DNA from: Strigamia acuminata
Lineage: Eukaryota
DNA: 64,000 bases
Direction of reading: 5' to 3'
Assembly: GCA_949358305.1 (NCBI GenBank)
Contig: OX442314.1
Span: 23,684,001-23,748,000, forward strand
Shown: one piece after another, positions 14,501 to 28,000 of the stretch
Position numbering within the stretch: position 1 is the first letter of the stretch
Layout: the number at the start of each line of letters is the position of its first letter
Notes under the pieces: model-generated
The model's database searches: none
What the model was told of the DNA's origin: nothing
What the model saw: the letters and a program-made list of their open reading frames with translations, nothing else
Program-made: the position numbers and the translations under genes

Positions 14501-17500
14501 AAGGTGAAATGCCAGTGACAGTTCTCAAGTAAACATAAAGCTGCCTTTCCACAAGTGATGAATGTATTATTTGAACACAAGTATAAACAAATGAGCTAAA
14601 AGTAAAATCAAACTTGTTTTTGGGTTAGATATTTCCATCTTTCTAGATAAGGTTATTTTATTTGCATATTTATTTTATTTGCACAAGAGCTTAAAGAAAA
14701 TCAATACTCTGTACTTTAATGCACATCAAATCTTCAAGCAAAATGTAAATAAACAGATGTGGAGATATTTAAGCGTCAACACTACTAGTACATTTCTATA
14801 AATCGATATTCCACACATTAAAATAAATACGTCTAACTTATTTTTCTTTGTTCAATTCAATTTTGCCCAAGCAACATTTCTTCTTCATATGTTTTCGTTA
14901 CGTCGCTGATGGAGATAGGAAAACCCGCTAAACGGCGCCATTGGCACGGTGGTTGGCGGTTGTTGACCCTGCTTCCCATTTCAATGTCTTCCGTCTTATT
15001 CAGCGCTACCACAACACGCATTTTATTCGTTTTTCAACCGCTTGCTACACACACTAACACAACAAATTCACCCATTTAATAAACATGAGTTTAATTTATA
15101 CGTATTAAACTAAAACAACAATTCGGAACCCCCTTTAAAACTTTAATACATTATAAACATTTGGCTCGCGTGTAAAAAAATAACGTTGTTTCTGTCTACA
15201 ACACCGCAACAAGTTATTGAAAAGAAAGTTGGCTCGATCTAATCCATCATGACGATGAATGATTTATAAGACACACCGTCATATGCCTCGTGACAAAGTA
15301 TTCGCTCTAATAACATTTGTTTTGAGGAATAAGATTTCTATCGATTGGTAGTTGTCTGCAAGTGAAGCATCTCATCCCACGCAACAATGAGCTGCTGTGG
15401 TTGCTAAGATACACCCTAGTGGTGAGAAAATGGATTTGTGTGGCGCGCATCAAGGGGAAAATGATGTGACCCTGATCCGAAATGATTGGTTGATGGATGA
15501 GGACGCTGAATCATGGTGAAGACCAACATGAGCTGAATAACAAACATCACTTTTCATTTATAATCATAGTTTGCAAAACGCGAGACTCGCCGGTCTTCTT
15601 TAACCCTTTAAAGCCCAGGTGTAGTTGCTGCACACCTGTGTCTTTAACATACGCCGCCTGAAAGCTTCACTGTTTCCACCCCTCTTTTAAAAGACAAACA
15701 ATAATGGAGTCAATCACTTACACCTTGTAATTAAGGTGATTAGTCTGGCCCAGGTGTTGCTTTGATCTCCACCTTTAAAAGTTACCTAAAAACAGGTGTC
15801 GTGCCACAGCTGTATACTGAATAAATGCTAACTTTTACACTTATTTTCATATTTTTTAGATGAAATTTTAGTTTTTCTTTTATAAATAAATGTAGAAACG
15901 TTTTTAATGTGGGTTTGCTTGCCAATTATTCATGGATTTATTCATAAGCCATTTAGTTAGACTGAAAATGTGCGGAAAGGGACAAATTGTTAGTTTGCGA
16001 CGTCATGTAATGGCAACCTCCGCCCTTTCATACGCAGAAAATTGGAAATTAATAATGCATAGAGGAGGACTTTGTTTAACGAAGCTAAGGAGGAGAAAAA
16101 TGCACCGTTTCCAATTTAAATCGTCATTACCAAAGCTGTAAGAGACTATATTTGTTTTTAATCTTAGCAAGCAACACTGTACTAACCTTTGCTTGTATAT
16201 TCTTCGCGTTATTCAACAGTGTGCAAAAGGGATTTTAAAGTGTTGTGTTAGTGCAACACGCAGTACACGAAATTAGATTGCTTTTAATTAGCATCTCCCC
16301 CAACTTCCATTTTTTCTTATTGATAACTTTTTCTTAAAACGAATTTCATCTTTAATTCCAATTTTGATAATTGCTCTCCTTTGAAGCCTAATTTAAAAAT
16401 ATTCCTTATTTAATCTGCTTTTTAATGGAAACGGAAACTGGAAATTAACTTTCAAATTTTTTCCAAACAACTTTGCTTCTGGAGTTCTTCAAACATTTTA
16501 ATTTCCAACTCACGAGCCCTTTTGAAAAAATATAAAATAAATAAATAAATAATAGATAAAGGAGACATTTTCTTCTTCTTCGCTCGCAATGACCTCATTG
16601 CTGCAACGTGCTCACCAAGCGCCATCATTCTTTCTACGGTGACAGGTGTTCGAGATGAGTGGGGGTGGGGCACGGGAGCCCACCTCGGGTGAGTGACAAG
16701 AGTCCCTAAGGAGGGTGCGGCCTGCTTTACGGCCAGCGTATCTTCTTGCACGTGCGTTTGCATCGGATGAGCGTCTTAACCTCTTCCTAAATCCTCCCCT
16801 TGAACGACCATCGGCCTCTGGCGACGGAAAACTCAAACGTTTTCATACACAATGGGATCGGCCCCTCACCACCAACAACCAAGTTTATTTTTATACGATT
16901 CTTTTATTTTTTTTAAATAAATTTTGACAGCAAAAAGCTAAAAAATCGTCACAAAAATCTTATTTTTTTCATTTTTTATTTTAAAATTTAAAAACTGGAC
17001 ATTTTATTGCAAAATTAGTCAAAAATTGCTTAAAAATCGATTTAAAAAATATATTTAATTTAATCCTGACTCGGCAACTGATCAAATTTTTGAATCGAGA
17101 AGTTTAATATGTGTAATATTACGCTGAGTAAAGCAAGTACTAAATATTTGATGAAAGTGGACCCTCTTGACAAGAGTGGCACTGAAGCCATCAAGCGAGG
17201 AATGTGGCAATCAAAGAAAAACCCCAATGAGGACCCTCCATTGACCATTTACCTGGAGGGAAATCCTAAAAGACACTAAATCCTTTTCACATTCGACACA
17301 AAAGAAGTCTACTCCAAAAGGTTTCTCAGTATCTACAGAAAATTCATCGACAAAATCCCCCGCCATTTGTCTTCGAAGGTTGATGCTGACATCTGTCGGG
17401 AGAACTCCATATTTAATATTTTATTGATGGCCGTTCAAAGATTCGCGGCATTTTCTTCTTAGTGCCGTTCATCCTCTGGTGAGAACACCGAAAAGTGCTA

Positions 17501-18860
17501 GAATTTTTAGTAAAGTAAATGGAAAAATAGACAAACATTCGTTTTATTTATATTTACAACGAGCAGCAGAAAAATAATGATGAGATTTCGGACGTTTTAA
17601 GCGATTTTTGCACGAAAGTGCACATCCTTAGAGGCGAAAGATTACCGACACGAGAAATTGCGCCGTCTGGTGTGGAATCTGGTGCGAGAATTTCCAAGAT
17701 TGGCTTAATTCAATTTGGCGTGAAATTGAAAAATATTTGCCTCGACCCGAACCCCGAGGAATCCCAAGATATCAGCTAACGTAAGTAAATAAATTAATTT
17801 AAAACCAGAAAAGCTGTGAAGCCAGGTCAAGAAAGCTAGCGCCTTTTTAAAGCACAGCAGATCACACCACTGGTCAAGCAAGGTGAACTCACATCTTACG
17901 AAAGTGCCAACCCTTTCCTTTATTTCTGAACGGAGTTTCAGTTTTTGTCACAGAGTTGTTGGTATTCTGTTGTTGTTTGTTGTTCTTTTATTGCGAGATT
18001 GTTTGGGTTGGTTGTGGAGGATTTTCTTGTTTTGTTTTTGGTTTGGGCCTTGAGCGTATTGGTGTTGCGGTCGGATGGTTGATCGTATCGGACAAGTGAC
18101 CAACCTCTTGAGCTATCAATTCGATTAAGGACTGCACTGCCATCTTGCTGCAGCATTCTATGGAGAATTGTTGAGACTGTTTAATAGCACCGCGTCACAA
18201 TCAGAACACAAACACAGAAATATTTATGACAATCGTAGTTAAAATGAAAGCACATTTTGATTAGACTATTCTAAATTAAACCGAGTCCAATCGTGATGAG
18301 TGGTTAAACTTTTTATGATGATTATCATGTCAGATTGGATCTCCGGTGCCAATTTTCGTGAAGAAAACATGGGGAAACTTACAGAATGGTTGCAAACGCT
18401 TCCGCTCAAGAACTAATCTACTAGTGATACTAATCAACTTGCTTGTTGCTCAGTTTCCACCTCTCAGCCAAGGCTTGGGCAGTGCCCAGCTGCAGTCAAT
18501 GAAAGAATAATTTAAGTTTAGGTTTTAGATGTTGTCTTTTAAAGTAGTTTGTGTTTATTTCCGAAATTTCGGGCCATGCATAGTGAGATTTATGACCGGC
18601 ATTGGAATGGCCTGAGTCGACTAAAAACCTTAGACATTGTTTGCTACCAGTATACCACATCATTATATTTATATAAAACAACTATTGTGATTACGCTGAA
18701 TGGATTATCTCTGTTCCATTGATGTTAACCCATTTGTGTCATTGAATTATCAATTTATCATTGATTAACATACGGTCAGTGCATTTCAAACTTTTCACTG
18801 ATTCCGCGATTTAACACTATCTAGATTGATCTAACATTTATTGGCTTATTGACAGTATTC

Positions 18861-18995
18861 AATAACTCAGTAATCATCGCAGTTTACATAGACGATCTGA
18901 TTATAATAACCGAAAACCCGGAAACAACGAAGAAGATCGAATCCGACTTAAACAACAAATTCAAAATGAAGGACATTGGGCTACTAAAAGACTAC
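18861..18995 (+). mobile_element. Ty1/copia reverse-transcriptase relic
   Basis: Translates as NNSVIIAVYIDDLIIITENPETTKKIESDLNNKFKMKDIGLLKDY: Y(V/I)DD followed by FxMKDxG is the copia RT signature. No flanking ORF. Confidence 0.75.
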
Positions 18996-21900
18996 CGGTA
19001 GTATTAAATAATTTTATCGACTACATTTTATACTACGTACAAATTTGCTTTAGTAAGAATATCTTCACTGACTTGAAAATTAATTAAATATTTTAAACTG
19101 CTTGCAGAAGAAAAAGGTTGGAGACCTCGACTCGTGCGAGATCAGCAGGTTAATAAGAGCCAAATGAAGGTCTGTGAGAAGTATCTCGCCAACCGTTTTC
19201 CTTTGAAACCAAAGATTTGCATTCCAGCATTTGCCTGTCTAAGGTATTTGCGCGACAAGAAGGTGCTGAGTCTTTTTATTTTCTAAATTGCTGAGTGCAG
19301 TAAAATGGAAAGCGAAACCATGTACACGTAATTTGCAGCCCGTTTCTTGCGATATAAACAAGAGTAATTCGTTATTAACTTTAAAACTTGGAACTCGCCT
19401 GACATTTGACTTTATACCCATAATGCTCTGTAGTGCTATCGATTATCTCAAGCCGTGAATCACGTGACCATCCTTTTCGCGTGCACACGAAAGCGTGTTT
19501 CATTCACCATTAGAACATGCGACGAGCAGCTGTTTCACTTTCACCTGGATAACCTTGGCTCAGGTACAGCCATCAACATGGCTTCTTACAACTCAGGAAT
19601 TACTTCTGCAGGTAAAAACTAATCACGTAAAGCTACACTTGTGTTGCAATATGTCTGAAACAAATGTTGGGAGGTTATTAGAAAAGTTTTGACGCTATAG
19701 GTAGACAATTTTAAAATTGATTTAAACTTTTTTTCGGGAAGGATTGTCATTCTTTGTGGCAAATTATTAATTTTTTGAGGACTATGCCGTCACGGGGGAA
19801 GAGATAACTGTCAATAATTGAGCATATTTTATATTTTATATATATTTTTTTTACCCGTTTTCCTTTTTCAACCAAAATTTCGTTTTAAAATGAGGTTTGA
19901 CTGACAGTTATTGCATCAAATTTATATGACCTCAACTACTTTCGCCCGTTTCCATGCACTTTTTGCGAGTCTTGTCGCTTGACATATTTAATTTGCTCTC
20001 AAAATTTTGGAAATTAAGTTTGGAAATGCAAGCAGAAATTTTTTTAAAGCAAAATTTAATCCATGAATTAAAAAAAATTATTTTTTTTTTTGCTTTTAAA
20101 GTAGTTATTTTTGGAAGGAAAAAATAATATTTTCTAAAGCCTTTTAAGTGTAGCTTACATTAAAACCACTTGTGCAATCATTTTTCAGTCAGATGTTTAT
20201 GATGAAAAAAAAAAAAAAAAGATTTCACCACCCACCATTTGTAAATTAGATCCCAATTCACTTGAAAAGCCAGAAAAAATGACAACTTGTTGTCATATTT
20301 GTACCCAATCTCATCTATTTATGTATGGTTTCTATGGAAACTTGTATACACTGCATCTTATGTTACTGACCCATTTGTATTTATGTAGCTTTGACGTCAT
20401 CAATCACTCGTGTATCACACAGATCAAGATACGTTTTGTTGAAAGAAAACCCATTTGTCTTCTTACAACGGGCGTTACTGCGTTTTTTTTTACTTCGTAT
20501 TGAGGAAAAAATTAGATTTCTATGCAGGACGAATCATCTTTTATCTCTGCATTTTGCATCTGAAGTGAAAGCATTTGAATTTCTTTTTTTTGAAAAAAAA
20601 ATCTAACCATTTCCGTGACAGATTTCCATTTTAGTAGAGAAAACGTGCTTTTTCAATAATTCAATAGATTTTCGGTAAGTGAAGTGGGATTTTAAAACAA
20701 AAATGCAAAAGTTTGTTGAATTTCGTGATTTTGTTTATGGTCAACATTTGCTATTTGCACAATGGAGACGAAGCGCACGCAGTGAATTAAAGTTTATGTC
20801 TGTGGTATACATTAGTTAAAAACGGAATGTACTTGATAAAAATGGCTGCAATTATAACCAACATTCTTCGTGTTCATTTCATTCTGCTTCAGTCGAGGTC
20901 ATGAGCTTACCCAGTCAACAACGTTTTTTTTTATTATTTTAATTTTGAGTATGGACTAAACTTTTTAATAGTCTCATTTCACGTGATAGTTTTGGTGTAA
21001 AACGTTAACTGCGCTTTATTTTATTTGCTAGTTTATACAAGTTCTTGGTAATTTAAATGGGCCCATCAAACGCTTCTACTGCATTCGGATGGATCACGCT
21101 GTAATGTGAAAATAGCTACATCTGGTGATCCTGTTATAAGTATTTTACGATTGTCATGAAAGACTTAGAGGAGTAGTTTATAAGTCATACATGCGCTCGT
21201 AATAAAATAACTAAACGCATGTACGAAAAATAAGGTCTGTACTTGTAGACAGTCCATTTACAGAATTAGAATTATTTTATCTTTGCTCGTTAAAATACAG
21301 CCAAAGTTTGTTGTGATTTAGGAATTCCTAACGGGAGTTTGAACGCAGATAGTGCAAATTGCATTGACGATTGACACGAAGCACTGCCGTTAGCAACCAG
21401 GGAAAACTTACATCTGGGACTATTTTTGTCTAATCGACGAACAAAGATAACTTTAATTTTCTGTTATCTAGACAAAATGTCAACAACAAACATTATTTTG
21501 TATAATGGTCACTTATTAGCGACCGTAATTAGTAAAGATGCTGCTCAAATGTAAATCTAAAATGGTAGTAAACGCAAAAGATAAACAATTACTTCTCAAA
21601 TTACAGTTAACAACAAAATGTGTTTCTCGTGTTTCGTTTTATTTAATTGAGTTCTCTTCCGTAGACAAAACAAAAACAAAACAAAAAACAAGTTTAATTT
21701 TTGTACTTTTAAGTGCTGTGTATTTCAGCTGACACGAGAAACGAAACAAGGTTAAAACGCGTTTTGATGTGTTTCTTTCCCCATCTCCATCACCAGCTTG
21801 CTTAATTATTTGCAACCTCCTTTTAAACTCAAAATTCCTAATTTACCTCCAAAACAATTTATTTTGGCAATTAAAAACAGATACAGAGCTCGTTAATTTC

Positions 21901-22011
21901 AATCGTAAACTTTTACCGGATGAGACGAGAGTGTAGAAATTTATTTTTGAACACACCTTGAAACGATGTAAAGATTTTTTTTCTTTTCTATTCCTTAACG
22001 CATGCGCATAG

Positions 22012-25000
22012 GTTCACCTCCAGGCCGACCAGAGAACGTGACAGTAAAGCGCATTTCGCCATCGACTGTGGTTCTCACGTGGCTGGCGAACGCGGATGAA
22101 AACGCTCGTTACGAAATCTCGTACAAACCTGTGAAGGCCAGGTAAGATCGCATATCTTTGAATTGAATTTGCAAATCACTGTTTGCCATCAAAAGTGCGT
22201 GATGCGTTTGGTGCTTGATAGTGCGTGGAACCCGTCCCAATTGGACTGTTTTACATTTATCTCATTTGCATCTGATCGGAAAGCAGTTTTTGTTTCTACT
22301 TCGAGGGTCTTTATAGAGCTTTGTAAATTTACCACATTCTTTTTGGAATCACGATAGACAAAATAAAAAATTATTTGGAAGTACAACTTTGCAGTTTTTA
22401 TAAAGAAAACTAACAGTGGTGTTATAAATAATTAAGTTATTAGCAAAACAAGAAAAATAATCAATGTGTACGCTATTTACCGCGAGGTTTGTTTTGTTTT
22501 GCTGAGGTATTGAGCCGAGCTGAGCGGAATGTTTTGTTTTGGACTAAATCGAAAATGTTCATAAATAATTTAGCTAGTAGTTCCTGCATGATACGAATGA
22601 TAAGTTTAATGGAGTTTGAATTACGTATCATTTATTCAATGGCATATATATGAATTTATATCGCAATTATATACTTGTGGTACAGTATTATTTATTATAA
22701 GTGTAAAAAACGAGACATCTAATATTAATAAGCCGTTATTGGTTGAATTTAGGGGAATGGAAGTAGATAAATATCTGTGAAGTTTAAAAATTTAAAGCTA
22801 GAAAGAAATAAAAATCAAACGACTACGGTAAGAAAATTTAAATTTCTTTATTCTATCCGACATTTCATATTCTTGAAATAAAAAACCAATAAACTAGATA
22901 AGATTTCGCAGAACAAAATTGAATTTTTTTTAATTTGATTTCATTTTTCATTTTAATTCCAAAAAAGTTTTTATATATTTTTGTTTGTTTTGTGTAAAAC
23001 CAAAATCAAATCGTTTTGCCCACGTGAAAAATCCATACATGGTTGAAAGTGAATAAATTACTTCGCTTTGTCACAATTAAAAGAAAGGAAAAGAAAAAAA
23101 AAGTGAATAAATGAAGAAATGTGATTTGATTCACGTTGAACTAAACAAAGATCAATGATCCATTCCACTGGTCAACCAGAATGAAATGATAGCAGCAGAC
23201 AATCCATTTGTCTCACTAAATTCTTCTTGAGATGATTATTGATGACACATGCTGTAAACTTCATTTCAAGACATTTCAGCATGTGCTTTGGACACGTGAT
23301 TAATTAACTTTTAAGGGCGTCATTAGCCCCAGGTACCTCTGGGAAGCAAATCCAATTATTACTTTATAAGGTAAAGCAAAGAAGTAAAAGAAGAAAAAAA
23401 ACCCGATGGATGAGACAGCCGATATTCCGTTATCATTTATTAAAAGCAAAATCCTCAATTATTTACGTGTTTTTTTTTATATGGCCGAATTGAATTCCAA
23501 TTTCTGGGTAAAACTATGAAATAATATAAAATAAAAGAACAAAACTTTCCCGTTTTATTAACCAACATTAAAAATTAAAGATGGTGGCGTTATTAATAGA
23601 GAGCAGGCTAAATTGAGTTATATATATCTCACGTTTCTGCACCATATTTGCTTTTGTTATTCTTTGTTTATGGTTTCCCACATTTACAATGAGACTTTTA
23701 TAGTTTTATGTTACATCCCGGTGGGAAAATTGCAATAACTCACCTGATTACATTCAAATTTATATTTCTATAGTTGAATTTTTAGCCTTTTCTCTATCAT
23801 GACATTGATTTAGTGTAGGCTGTGGTGAATAGAACAATTCAGCCGAGTTTATATCAAAATATTTAGCAATTTTTTTGGTGTTAAGAACAAAACAAACACA
23901 GCACTAGGCACATGTCAAACTTTAATGGCAACGATCCACTCGTTCTTTGATGCTTATTTCCGGTTTCTCCTTAAAGCATTATTCTGCTCGTACTCTTGCA
24001 ACCGCCGTCAAAACAAACCGTGGGTGTTTTTCCTGAGTGCAATCAGCACGGGCCATAAAAAAAAGCCAAATGTCTCAGTGTTATATGCCTATTTTTTTTC
24101 ATGGCTATTTCTAACATTCAGGTTTTATCCTCGCAGTCAGAAACCTGACGTAGTAAAATAAATAACTAAAAGAAATAATACCAGATTTAATAAAAATCTT
24201 TATTTGTCCATAAAACTTCTTTATTCCTTGAAACTTCGTGTTATGACATCTCGAAACGTGGATTGAAACTAAATATCACAGTTTGTAGAAATAGGCTGCA
24301 TCGATTATAGGAGGGTACTGACTTTCTCGACCTTTCCTGAGGTACACTAATCAGCGGCTACTGATCAATATTTTGTATGTTAGGCTTATATTTCAGAGTA
24401 TCGGAGGTTGCAAGGTTGCGGAAAATAATTTCTTTGGAGGAGTTTATTATTTTGGAAAAAGTTATTCACATTTTATTCTTCGTGGTTGTGCTACTGTATC
24501 TTCACGCTTGTTCTGTTAATAAGAACAAATATAGAGAATTGTATTGCGGGCTTATGACCTAAGAACAGCGGAGTAATTTAGCAGAAGGCAAAAGCGCAGC
24601 TTGTAATTCATTGAGGCGTAATGGCAGGCGGAGATTACTTTCACAAGCTTCTTGGAGAGCACGAGCTCTCTAATTAAGTACCTTAGAAATAGTACACAGT
24701 CAAATTCAAAATAAGAAGAGTAAATATTTAACTTTTATTCTATTTATATTTCATGATGTTATGCTGCAACTCGCAAATTATTTAATGAACATTTAGTATC
24801 ATTAAATTAAAATGCGATTCAGGATCAATAGGACTAACTTGTTCATTGACCGCATCTTTCATCATGCTGCAATTTTTTTTATTAAAGATTTATTGCTAAG
24901 AATTTGTTAAAATTTCCAGAGGGAAAAACATGAGAAACATTTTTAAGCTTTTGACAAATTGTAAAATTCTGAAATCAATTTTCTCGTTTCCAGTTACGGA

Positions 25001-28000
25001 TAAAGTGATGAAAATGGAATGAAAATTGGCCAACATTTACGCACATTTTCTTTGCTTTCAGTGGAGTGAAAGGAGAGGAAATTGTTTGTTTATTATTGTC
25101 AGAAAAATCAGATGTTGACTGCTAACTGCTAATTAATATTTTTATGTAATTTCATTTGCACATGACCATAGATATAATCCCGTCGAGTAAAACCCTTTGC
25201 AATTTAGCCAAAATATTACGGAGCTTTGTAGCAAAGCTCTTCACTCTAAAGGTTCGCTGCACTGCTCCAAATTTGCAACAACTTCCTGACTTTGCAACTT
25301 AAAATCCTAAAATATAAATTTGCAAAAAATTTAATTATCTATCCAGAAACTTAACAATACCTAATATCCGAACTACAATTCTCAATTAGTCTCAAACCAC
25401 AGGCAATCAAGCGAATCAACCTTTCATGATAATTACTAAAACTTTAATTGCAGTTTTGTAAAGAATTCTATCAACTCATTTTGTTTTATTAAGCTTGAAT
25501 AAAATTTATCATAAAAATATCACAAATTTTTTATTGCAATTTCTTATCAGTAGGTGGAAAATTCTCTTTTCACCAACTGCTGCTTCATTTAAATTTTAAA
25601 TTTCCTGCGAGTTGCTGTAAGAGTTGATTTTTAAACCTTTTAATAATTTGAAATATAGACTACGATTTTTCGATAATTTATTTATTTACATAATTATATT
25701 TCATTTTGGAAGTGTATAGAGATTTGAAAAAGAAACCCAGTTTAAAATTTCTGCTTACGAGCGAGTTTTTTCATGCACAAAAAGTCTATTGGCACATTTA
25801 GGACGGTTTAGGACATAAAAGTTGGGTTAGATTAGGGAAGGCTGCCATTTTATTCTCCCCTGGCAGCACACATTGCCATATTTTATTTGTAATCTGATTA
25901 ATGCAGTAGCCACAACACTAAAGTTATAAAGCACGATAATGCAACATTAAATGGGGTCCTTTATTGACACTTTTTATAGTTATTCCGCCTGGATTGCACA
26001 TAAAGTTCATAAAAAGTCTAATATACAGATACGGTATTAGGCTTTTTGTGAACATAATTTCACTCTAGATACAAAATCGTTATCTTTAGAAGGTATAAGT
26101 ACCGGTTACCGCATAGAAACGTAAAACATTCGAAATAACATTCCTTAGTCTCACATCTATTAATTGAATTTTTATTTTATCGCCAGGCTTTGCATTAATC
26201 TTAAATGTGCTGTAGCTTATATCTAAAATTGCTTTCTTTATGAATCATCTAACGTCCAAAAATCTTTTGAAACGAAAACCTTGAACACGATGATAAAAAC
26301 TTTTCAAAATCACAACATTATTGAACAATCATCAAAGCCTTTCCTTTAATGTTCTGGATTTATTCTCCAAGTCGTTTGACTTTGATTCTAATTTGAATTG
26401 CGCGTATCAAATGAAAAATCCGTCTAATCTTCAAGAAAGTCAAGTCTTGCACTGAAATAAAATCCAGTAGTAAAAAAAAAAAGCTCAGTACTGTGCACTA
26501 AATTAAATTGGATGGCTCGCTTTAAAACATTATATCTTGATTAATTAGATCGCAATTAACTGTGTTTATATTCTAAATTTAGCTACAAAATTGTGACCGA
26601 AGTGGATGCTCGTCAGAAATCGTTCGTACTGGAGAGGTTACTGCCGACAGCTTTGTACCAAGTTCACATAACAACTATTAATGATGATGGAAGAAGTAAC
26701 CAGAGTCAAACTATTATTTTTGATACGTCACAGGGTTCAAGTAAGTGGTGTTGTTCTTTTGCTTATGTGATGATTAGGCAAATGTTGGAATGAATCGCCC
26801 TTTTTCGAGTTGTTCATGCATGCGAAGCAGCGCTCGTGATTTGTATACTCATGCTCTCGAGTCCAGTGGGCAATTGTCCAAGTTCATTCCCCAAGAGATT
26901 ATAGAATTACGCTACCTGAATTTCTATTTGCCTGTAATCTTTTTTAAAACCACGTAAATCATTGATTATTCAAGCGAAAAGGCAAAAGAAATACAGATAT
27001 GAAATTGTCTCGTTATTTCACCAGGCTGAAGTTGGCACAACATTACATTCGCGATAGTCTACAGCAGGGATCGGCAAATAATTTTAAGTGGGGTCCGAAT
27101 ACTATTGAAAATTTTTATCGAGGTCCAGAAAAAAACACTTAAAAACGAAATAAACCCCCCAATAAACACACACAACCCAAAAAATACCAGGAAAATACAG
27201 GAAAAACAAGAAAAAACACCGAAAACCAAAGAAACCGCGGTCCAAGTTTCGACCTTCCGCCTATTTCCGACGGCTGGTCTACAGCCTGCAAGAGTTACGT
27301 GTCTGTGCTTTTAAACAAAGCAAAGGGACCCTCTTGACAACATGCTGACCAATTTTTAGAAAATTCCAAGGTATAGATTTTGAGAAACTTAGATATTGGT
27401 CTGTTTGTAGACTATCGCGAATGTAATGTTGTGCCAACTTCAGCCTGGTTGTTACTTCGTACAAATGCTGGTTGAAATATTAAAGAGATTAAGATAAAAA
27501 TTCTTTCTCAATATATTCAGTGATAAACATGCTGAATAAAATAAAAGTGTGTCCACAATTTTTGCTTTCATTGCTGTTTGGAAAACAAAAAATAAATAAA
27601 TAAATAAATGATTGTACTTCACAAACTGGGAAATGGGATTTTTTTCTAAAGGATTTTTCGAATGTATTATTAAATTTTGGTTGACATATTTAGTTTCCCA
27701 CATGGCACAACAACAACTATATATAGGTGTGAACTTTATTTTTTTGTTATTTATTTAAGTCTGCGGCACGCAATATTAGTTGATAGAACTTTATGAGTGT
27801 ATATTGCCCCATAGATTGACTCAACCTTCTGAACGTGTTTATCTTATTCCACCTGCAGTATATTCTGCTATCATCAAATATTTGTGCCAAGTTTTTATTT
27901 GGAACAACAGTTTGCTACAATCTAAATTTAAATTTGTTTAGGCATTTCTGCATTGTACGACCGGAATTGTTTTCCCCTTTAATTATTTCGACTCGTCAGC

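Noticed and set aside
18385..18482. Possible signal-peptide exon of the FNDC4/5-like gene (NGCKRFRSRTNLLVILINLLVAQFPPLSQG)
   Set aside because: Suggestive hydrophobic stretch, but no in-frame ATG and only weak donors; not supportable without transcripts.
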